From a virus: DNA of 64,000 bases. Positions 57,506 through 64,000 of this stretch are shown one piece after another (within the stretch, counting starts at the first letter, position 1; each line of letters opens with the position of its first letter). The translations under genes and the position numbers were made by a program. Under the pieces are notes generated by a model. That model had not been told where the DNA came from and ran no database searches. It was given only the letters and a program-made list of their open reading frames with translations. Location of the stretch: the IMG/VR virus record IMGVR_UViG_3300042691_015010, positions 6,002 to 70,001 of that record. One strand, given 5' to 3'.

Positions 57506-60094
57506 ATGGCAAAAAGATTTAATGGTGGAATAATAGGATTACTGAACACCTCTAAGTTTGGGGGTGATGTTACTGGTTTATGGACGCAAAATGAAGTTTT
57601 TTTGAATAAACTCTCTGGATTGTGGCCGGACATCGAATATAATGAGACTAGAATCTTTACAGAAAGTACAACATGGATAGCACCGCCTGGAGTTAATTCT
57701 GTAGAATATCTTTTTGTTGCCGGTGGTGGTGGATCAACTTCTTATGGAGGTGGTGGCGGTGCTGGTGGATTTTTAACAGGTTCGGGGTTAAATTTAACTT
57801 CTGGAGTTTCTTACACAGTTGCGGTTGGCGCAGGTGGCAGTGCTTTATCAAATGGCAGTAATAGTTCAATTTCTGCTTCTGGTGTATTTTTAGCTAATGC
57901 TGTTGGTGGTGGCGCCGGCGGTGGTTGGTACCCAGGACCCGGTGTTGATAGGAATTATGGTGCTTCTGGTGGTTCTGGTGGTGGCGCTAGAGGAATAAAC
58001 ACAACACCCGGTATACCTGCAACCAATCCTCAATTGGGAGGTTTAGGTACACCTGGACAAGGTAATAATGGCGGTTCTGCTCCAGCGACACCTGCATATG
58101 AATCTGGTGCTGGCGGTGGCGGAGCTGGGGCTGTTGGCACTAATGCAACGAATGGTGGAGCTGCTGGCTCAGGCGGAAATGGATTGACATCGACATTATC
58201 TGGAACAAGCACAACATATTCTGGTGGAGGTGGTGGTGGATTTTGGGGTACGCCTGCTGGTCCTCGTGGTGTTGGTGGAACTGGCGGTGGAGGTGCTGGT
58301 GGACCAACAGGTTCTCCATCAACAAGTGTTGGAACATCTGGCACTGTAAACACTGGAGGTGGTGGAGGTGGAGGTTCTGGACCGGGTGCCGGCGGTGCCG
58401 GTGGTTCTGGAATAATCATATTAAAGTACAATTATCGATACACATCAAACAATTTATATGTTTTTGCGAACAGCGGACAGTTTATAGTTCCTAATGGAAT
58501 AACTGCTGTTGATTATGTTGTCGTTGGTGGTGGCGGTGGCGGTGGTGCTTCACAACTCAGCGATTCCACAGGCGGTGGTGGTGCTGGTGGATTTAGACAA
58601 GGAACAGAACTTAGAGTGCTTCCAGGTGAAAGATATACAATTGTAGTTGGTTCGGGTGGAACCTCAACTCCTGGCGCAGGAGGAACATCATCAAATGGAA
58701 CTAATTCAGGTTTTTTTACCGCAAATTCAAATACTCCGATTTGGTCAACGGGTGGTGGTAAAGGTGGTGCAACCATCACGGGAACAGATGGTGAAAATGG
58801 ATATGGTGGTGGATCAGGTGGTGGTGGAAGTTGTCCCGGCCAGCCAACAGTAAGAGTTGGTGGTCTTGGTAACTTGGGTGGATATAATCCACTCGAAGGT
58901 TACTCAGGAGGCGCTGCTTATGCTCAAGCAACCCCATTCCCTGCTGCACAAAGAGCAGGTGGTGGTGGAGGTGGTGCTGGTGGACCTGGTGGAGCAGGAA
59001 CACTTGGAACTGGTGGAACAAGTGGTCCGGGCATTTCTACTGCCATTACTGGAGTATCCACATCTCTTGCTGCCGGTGGTGCTGGTGCTGGTGGAACTAC
59101 ATCAGGAACGGCGATTGCTCCTGGTGGTCCTAAAGGAGGAAATGCTGACACCAATACTGGTGGTGGAGGAGGTGCTAACGGTGGAAGAGGGGCATCTGGA
59201 ATCGTTATTTTAAAAGCATCTTCTAGACAATACAAGTACGCTATATTTAATAGTTCAAACACTTGGACTGTACCTAGCGGTGTTAACTACGTAGATTATT
59301 TCTTTGTAGCTGGTGGAGGTGGTGGTGGCGCAAACGGCGGAACACCGAATGGAAATGGTGCTGGTGGTGGCGGTGCTGGTGGTGTTAGAACAGGCTCTAG
59401 ACTTCAAGTAACTCCAGGAACAACATATACTGTTCAAGTTGGTGGTGGTGGTAGTAAAGCGCCAAATGATTCTTCATCTGCCGGCTCTAATGGAACTAAC
59501 TCTGGAATTTACGCTACAGGCACATCTCCATTCCCAGGTTTTTGGGCAACTGGAGGTGGTGGTGGTGGATGGACTGGAGGTGGCCTTTCAGGTGGTTCGG
59601 GTGGTGGCGGTGGCAATGGACCCTTTGGTGCAGGCGGATTAGGTAATTTGGGTGGATATAATCCGTCTGAGGGAAATAATGGTGGCGCTGCACTAGCAGG
59701 AAATCCTCTTGGAGGTGGCGGAGCTGGTGGCGGTGGCGGTGCTGGTTCAGTAGGTTTACCTAATCCAGTTAACTCAACTACAGCCGGTGCTGGTGGTACA
59801 GGTATATTCTCTTCAATTACTGGTTCAAATACTGGTTATGCTGGTGGAGGCGGTGGCGGCGCATTTGGATATGGACCAACTGCACCTTCTCCATTTCCTG
59901 CAGGAGCAGTTGGAACAGGAGGATCAGGTTTAGGTGGAAATGGTGGTTATGGTCCATCAGCAGCATTTGTTCAAGCCACAAATGCAGCAGCAAATACAGG
60001 TTCAGGCGGTGGTGGTGCTGGTGGATATTTTGGTGGTGGTGGTTTCAGTGCTGGTTCCGGTAGTGGTGGAATTGTCGTTCTAAGATGGACATAA
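57506..60094 (+). CDS. glycine-rich putative adhesin, three modules
   Basis: NGGIIG...GLWTQ...GLWP N-terminal motif, then three Gly modules. Confidence 0.85.
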   Translation: MAKRFNGGIIGLLNTSKFGGDVTGLWTQNEVFLNKLSGLWPDIEYNETRIFTESTTWIAPPGVNSVEYLFVAGGGGSTSYGGGGGAGGFLTGSGLNLTSGVSYTVAVGAGGSALSNGSNSSISASGVFLANAVGGGAGGGWYPGPGVDRNYGASGGSGGGARGINTTPGIPATNPQLGGLGTPGQGNNGGSAPATPAYESGAGGGGAGAVGTNATNGGAAGSGGNGLTSTLSGTSTTYSGGGGGGFWGTPAGPRGVGGTGGGGAGGPTGSPSTSVGTSGTVNTGGGGGGGSGPGAGGAGGSGIIILKYNYRYTSNNLYVFANSGQFIVPNGITAVDYVVVGGGGGGGASQLSDSTGGGGAGGFRQGTELRVLPGERYTIVVGSGGTSTPGAGGTSSNGTNSGFFTANSNTPIWSTGGGKGGATITGTDGENGYGGGSGGGGSCPGQPTVRVGGLGNLGGYNPLEGYSGGAAYAQATPFPAAQRAGGGGGGAGGPGGAGTLGTGGTSGPGISTAITGVSTSLAAGGAGAGGTTSGTAIAPGGPKGGNADTNTGGGGGANGGRGASGIVILKASSRQYKYAIFNSSNTWTVPSGVNYVDYFFVAGGGGGGANGGTPNGNGAGGGGAGGVRTGSRLQVTPGTTYTVQVGGGGSKAPNDSSSAGSNGTNSGIYATGTSPFPGFWATGGGGGGWTGGGLSGGSGGGGGNGPFGAGGLGNLGGYNPSEGNNGGAALAGNPLGGGGAGGGGGAGSVGLPNPVNSTTAGAGGTGIFSSITGSNTGYAGGGGGGAFGYGPTAPSPFPAGAVGTGGSGLGGNGGYGPSAAFVQATNAAANTGSGGGGAGGYFGGGGFSAGSGSGGIVVLRWT

Positions 60095-60101
60095 ATAAGT
60101 T

Positions 60102-60109
60102 TATAAATA
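60102..60109 (+). promoter_or_regulatory. T4-type late promoter
   Basis: exact TATAAATA (second CATAAATA at 60090). Confidence 0.8.
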
Positions 60110-60144
60110 CAAAGTAATATTTTTAACAAAGGGAGTTTTTACAA

Positions 60145-60528
60145 ATGGCACATTTTGCACAACTTGATGAAAACAACGTAGTAACACAAGTCATTGTTGT
60201 GAGTAACAATGAACTACTTGACGCTAGTGGCGTTGAGCGTGAAGAAATGGGTATTGGTTTTTGCCAAAGATTGTTTGGTGGCAATTGGAAACAAACATCA
60301 TACAATCACAACTTCCGCAAGCGTTACGCAGGCATTGGATACTCATACAATGCAGAACTAGATGCATTCGTTCCACCTAAACCATTTGCTTCATGGGTTC
60401 TAAACAATACAGAAGCAAATTGGGAAGCACCTGTTGCAATGCCAGCAGATGCAGGACAAGGTGATCCACCTAAGATGTATACATGGAATGAAGAAACAAC
60501 TTCATGGGATGAAGTAGTACCTGCATAA
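60145..60528 (+). CDS. conserved small protein accompanying Gly-rich adhesins (possible chaperone/cap)
   Basis: MAHFAQLDENNVVTQVIVV, WKQTSYN, RYAGIGY, WEAPVAMP. Confidence 0.8.
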   Translation: MAHFAQLDENNVVTQVIVVSNNELLDASGVEREEMGIGFCQRLFGGNWKQTSYNHNFRKRYAGIGYSYNAELDAFVPPKPFASWVLNNTEANWEAPVAMPADAGQGDPPKMYTWNEETTSWDEVVPA

Positions 60529-60544
60529 TAGTTTTCATCACAAC

Positions 60545-60569
60545 AACCCCGCTTCGGCGGGGTTTTTTT
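60545..60569 (+). terminator. rho-independent terminator with cUUCGg tetraloop
   Basis: AACCCCGC-TTCG-GCGGGGTT-TTTTT. Confidence 0.92.
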
Positions 60570-60615
60570 ATACACTACCGAGATTGACTAAATACACGAT
60601 TAGAAGGAGACAATC

Positions 60616-60951
60616 TTGGCTGCGTATTCAGAAATTACAATAGAGCAAGGCGCAAATCTTACATCAACAATTAGTGTAACTGATGTTCAAGGTGATGCAG
60701 TCAATCTCACAACATATTCTGCATCTTCTCAAATACGTAAATCATACTATTCATCTTCAGCAAACACTCTTACATCAACAATCACTGGTAATGCTAACGG
60801 TCAAATTACACTGTCAATGACCGCAGCAAATACAGCAGCATTAACACCAGGCCGTTATGTGTTTGATCTTATTATTACAAACTCATTAGATAATTCCGTG
60901 ACACGTGTAATAGAAGGCACCGCAATTGTTCTCCCATCTGTTACGAGGTAA
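60616..60951 (+). CDS. conserved virion structural protein (TTG start)
   Basis: CTAAATA at 60588, AAGGAGA RBS; IEQGA, QIRKSYYS, GRYVFD, RVIEG. Confidence 0.8.
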   Translation: MAAYSEITIEQGANLTSTISVTDVQGDAVNLTTYSASSQIRKSYYSSSANTLTSTITGNANGQITLSMTAANTAALTPGRYVFDLIITNSLDNSVTRVIEGTAIVLPSVTR

Positions 60952-60954
60952 TTC

Positions 60955-61176
60955 ATGCCAGATTTAGGTAAAGTTACGGTATTTCAACCGAACAGAACAA
61001 CAATTACATCACCGAACTATAAACCAAAACCTAATGTTGCATTAGAAGAAATCAATAATGTGTTTACGAATGGTGTACAAGATGGATTTTCTCTTGTTTA
61101 TAGTTCAGCAAACAATCGTTACGAAATGAAAATTGCTACCACTGTCTTGGACAACCTAGACGGTGGAACATTCTAA
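60955..61176 (+). CDS. small structural protein
   Basis: GAGG RBS; ends LDGGTF. Confidence 0.7.
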   Translation: MPDLGKVTVFQPNRTTITSPNYKPKPNVALEEINNVFTNGVQDGFSLVYSSANNRYEMKIATTVLDNLDGGTF

Positions 61177-61185
61177 GAATTACAA

Positions 61186-64000
61186 ATGGCAAATACACCA
61201 ATTCAAATAAAAAGATCGCTAACTACCGACACACCACCGTCGTTGAATATTGGCGAACCGGCGTATTCGTATAACAGTAATACGCTTTTTATAGGTTCAA
61301 GAACAAGTGACGGTGCTATTCCTATTGGTGGTTGGGAAACGTATATTCGTGGCATCTCATCATATGAAAAACTGAATGTAGCATACGATCATGCAAACTC
61401 GGCATATGTTCGTGCAAACAACGCACTGAATGCAAACGTTGGTGGTCTGATTACGGGTGATGTTACGATTCAAGGTAATTTGAGTATCGTTGGTGGTTCA
61501 ATTGGTGCTAATGTACCTATTGTATTGATTGGTGATAACATCATCACATTGAATGCTGCTATCAATCAGTCGGGTACACCGACAATGAATGCTGGTATTG
61601 AGATTGATCGTGGTATAGAAGCAAATGTTTATTTACTGTGGAATGAAGTTGATAACAAGTGGCAATTTACAAATGATGGTATATCATTTGATGACTTAGG
61701 TGGTTCTGCTCCTGCATCATATGCTAACTCAGCATTCATAAAAGCAAACTCTGCGTTTCTACATGCCAACTATTCGTTCAATCATGCGAATAGTGGATTC
61801 ATTCAAGCAAATTCCGCATTCTTACACGCTAACTATGCATTTGCAAATGCTAATGCTGGTTTTGCAAAGGCAAATGCGGCGTACATTCATGCCAATTCAG
61901 GATTCATTCAAGCCAACTCATCGTTCTTTCATGTAAATGCTGCTTATCTACACGCAAATGCGGCATACACAAGTCAGAATACAAGTGGTATTAGAGCAAA
62001 CTCTGCGTTTGATCAAGCAAATGCTGCATTCTTACATGCTAATTCAGCATTTACATATCAAAATGCTTCCGCTAATTATGCAAACAGTGGTTTCATTCAA
62101 GCAAACTCTGCGTTCTTACATGCTAACTATGCATTTGCAAATGCCAATGCTGGTTTTGCTGCTGCTAACGCTGCATACATTCAAGCAAACTCTGGATTCA
62201 TAAAAACAAACTCAGCATTTGATCATGCGAATGCATCTTTTGCAAATGCTAATGGTGCTTTTGCTGCTGCTAATGCCGCTTATATTCAAGCAAACTCTGC
62301 ATTCATACATGCAAACAGCGGCTTCATAAAAACAAACTCAGCATTTGATCATGCGAATGCGGCCTTTGCGAATGCCAATGGTGCATTTGCTAAAGCCAAT
62401 GCGGCCTTTGCGAATGCCAACGGTGCATTTGCTGCTGCCAATGCTGCTTACATTCAAGCAAACTCAGGATTCATTCAGTCCAACGCCGCATTCAATCATG
62501 CCAATGCAGGATTCATTCGTGCAAACAATTCACTCAATGCAAACGTTGGTGGTAATGTTACAGGTGAAGTTGTCATTGTTGGTAATCTCACATCAAACAC
62601 ACTAACAACAACAGGTTCAAATGGTAGCATTACGGGTGCTAATGCTATATTCTCAAATTATTTTTTTGGAGCAAATGGCACAGTAGATTTATATGTCTAC
62701 ACATCATATGCCTTTGCAAATGCTAATGGTGCTTTTGCTGCTGCTAACGCTGCTTTTGCAAATGCTAACGGTGCTTTTGCTGCTGCTAACGCCGCATACA
62801 TTCAGGCTAACAGTGCATTTATAAAAACAAATGCCGCTTTTGATCACGCCAACGCTGCATATATTTCTCAAAATGCAACTGGTCAATATGCAAATGCGGC
62901 ATTCATTCATGCGAATAGTGCTTTCATTCAGACTAATTCTGCATTTGACCATGCCAACGCTGCATACATTTCTCAGAACGCTACTGGTCAATATGCAAAT
63001 GCCGCATTCATACATGCAAATTCAAGTTTCATAAAAACAAATGCATCATTTGACCATGCTAATGCTGCGTATTTGTCACAAAACGCCACAGGTCAATATG
63101 CGAATGCAGCATTTATTCGTGCCAACAATTCGTTAAATGCAAATCTTGGTGGCACAGTTACCGCTAACGTTGTAATTGCAGCCAATCTAACAACACAAAA
63201 TGTATTTGTTGGTTCGTATATTGATCTAAACACATCATCTTCTGTACCACCAAGAAATGAAGGTCGTATTTTCTACGACAATGATCAGAAAGCATTATCA
63301 TATAATAATGAATCTGATAATACAATTCAACTTGGCCAAGAAACAGTAATTCGTGTATGGAATAATTCTGGCACTACAATTGCTAGAGGTAAAGTTGCTC
63401 GTATAGGTGGTGACGCATCAGCAAATGGATTTCCTGCTGTTGCACTTGCTGCTGCTAATCTTGCTGAGAACGCTGAAGTCATTGGTGTTACTTCGACTTC
63501 AATTGCAAACAATGATTATGGTTATGTAACCATACATGGTAAAATCAGAGGACTGAATACCTCCTTGTTGACTGCTGGTCAAGAGTTGTTTTTGTCTGAT
63601 ACACCAGGTGAATATCAAACAACTCCTCCAGTGCCGCCAAGTATACCAATGGCAGTTGGTTATGTTACTCTGTCAGATGTAACAGACGGTTCTATTCTTG
63701 TCTATTCACATTTGATGGAAGGCAAGAATAAAACAAATGGTGCTATTCTATTTGGTCGTAACGGTGCAATTGATCAAGACCCAACTAAACTGTATTGGGA
63801 TTATGTCAACGACCGTTTAGGTATTGACACAGACAATCCTCAAGCAAACCTACATGTTGCTGGTGATGGTTTGTTCACGGGTAATCTGACTATTGCAGGC
63901 AATCTGGTAATTAGTAATGCTCAAACAATCACTACAGACCAATTGTTTGTTGGTGGTAACAATGTAATTCTGAGTGCCAATGTTACTGGTACACCAACAC
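61186..64000 (+). CDS. long tail fibre protein, truncated by window end (absent from track)
   Basis: MANTPIQIKRSLTTDTPPSLNIGEPAYSY (major-tropism-determinant N-terminal-like), then AGIEIDRG domain and long ANxAF heptad stalk; no stop seen before 64000. Confidence 0.88.
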   Translation, partial: MANTPIQIKRSLTTDTPPSLNIGEPAYSYNSNTLFIGSRTSDGAIPIGGWETYIRGISSYEKLNVAYDHANSAYVRANNALNANVGGLITGDVTIQGNLSIVGGSIGANVPIVLIGDNIITLNAAINQSGTPTMNAGIEIDRGIEANVYLLWNEVDNKWQFTNDGISFDDLGGSAPASYANSAFIKANSAFLHANYSFNHANSGFIQANSAFLHANYAFANANAGFAKANAAYIHANSGFIQANSSFFHVNAAYLHANAAYTSQNTSGIRANSAFDQANAAFLHANSAFTYQNASANYANSGFIQANSAFLHANYAFANANAGFAAANAAYIQANSGFIKTNSAFDHANASFANANGAFAAANAAYIQANSAFIHANSGFIKTNSAFDHANAAFANANGAFAKANAAFANANGAFAAANAAYIQANSGFIQSNAAFNHANAGFIRANNSLNANVGGNVTGEVVIVGNLTSNTLTTTGSNGSITGANAIFSNYFFGANGTVDLYVYTSYAFANANGAFAAANAAFANANGAFAAANAAYIQANSAFIKTNAAFDHANAAYISQNATGQYANAAFIHANSAFIQTNSAFDHANAAYISQNATGQYANAAFIHANSSFIKTNASFDHANAAYLSQNATGQYANAAFIRANNSLNANLGGTVTANVVIAANLTTQNVFVGSYIDLNTSSSVPPRNEGRIFYDNDQKALSYNNESDNTIQLGQETVIRVWNNSGTTIARGKVARIGGDASANGFPAVALAAANLAENAEVIGVTSTSIANNDYGYVTIHGKIRGLNTSLLTAGQELFLSDTPGEYQTTPPVPPSIPMAVGYVTLSDVTDGSILVYSHLMEGKNKTNGAILFGRNGAIDQDPTKLYWDYVNDRLGIDTDNPQANLHVAGDGLFTGNLTIAGNLVISNAQTITTDQLFVGGNNVILSANVTGTPT
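61720..63130 (+). repeat. degenerate 21-nt (heptad) coding repeats with higher-order 105-nt units
   Basis: A-N-x-A-F/Y-x-x repeats; DHANAAY(I/L)SQNATGQYANAAFI units start at 62842, 62947, 63052. Confidence 0.85.

Noticed and set aside
8663-60094. Many alternative-frame and antisense ORFs (poly-Pro, poly-His, poly-Val, poly-Thr) over the Gly-rich genes
   Set aside because: They are shadows of GGT/GGN codon runs, lack RBSs and have low complexity.
51380-60094. Diversity-generating retroelement acting on the adhesins
   Set aside because: No reverse transcriptase in the window, and no template/variable repeat pair differing only at adenines was seen.
61720-63130. CRISPR-like repeat array
   Set aside because: The repeats are degenerate, in-frame coding heptads without unique spacers.
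1-64000. Stop-codon reassignment or introns/inteins
   Set aside because: Conserved genes are full length in the standard code and end in TAA, TGA or TAG; no split core genes or homing endonucleases were noticed.

Overview
This window is a 64-kb segment of a T4-like (Tevenvirinae/Kyanoviridae-style) myophage genome, probably from a freshwater phage. A betaproteobacterial host is suggested by the rubrerythrin and PqqA sequences, but that is inference. The left third holds early and auxiliary genes: tRNA-Gly, rubrerythrin, an unannotated 24-aa PqqA, RNase H, a sugar-nucleotide/glycosyltransferase cluster, ClpP, an outlying block of glycine-rich adhesin genes, sigma70-promoter early genes, a circularly permuted two-piece tmRNA, SleB hydrolase, gp33, gp59 and gp32. 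A minus-strand block follows (tape-measure-like protein with a muramidase domain, gp51, gp26, gp54-like, gp2, gp4). The plus-strand baseplate and tail module comes next (gp48, gp53, hub, gp5, PAAR, gp25, gp6, gp7, gp8, DUF4815-like), then an array of small adaptor proteins and polyglycine adhesins, and finally a truncated long fibre gene. The main signals missed by the ORF track are: (1) a U-UUU-UUC -1 frameshift site that would fuse gp26 to gp51 just upstream of the tape measure gene, a lambda G/GT-like arrangement; (2) a permuted tmRNA with tag ANDAFYGEDRLAA in a phage that also carries ClpP; (3) a stand-alone pqqA; (4) a modular adhesin system with 14 glycine-rich modules, one of them nested inside another. 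All family assignments come from motif recognition by eye; no database search was run.
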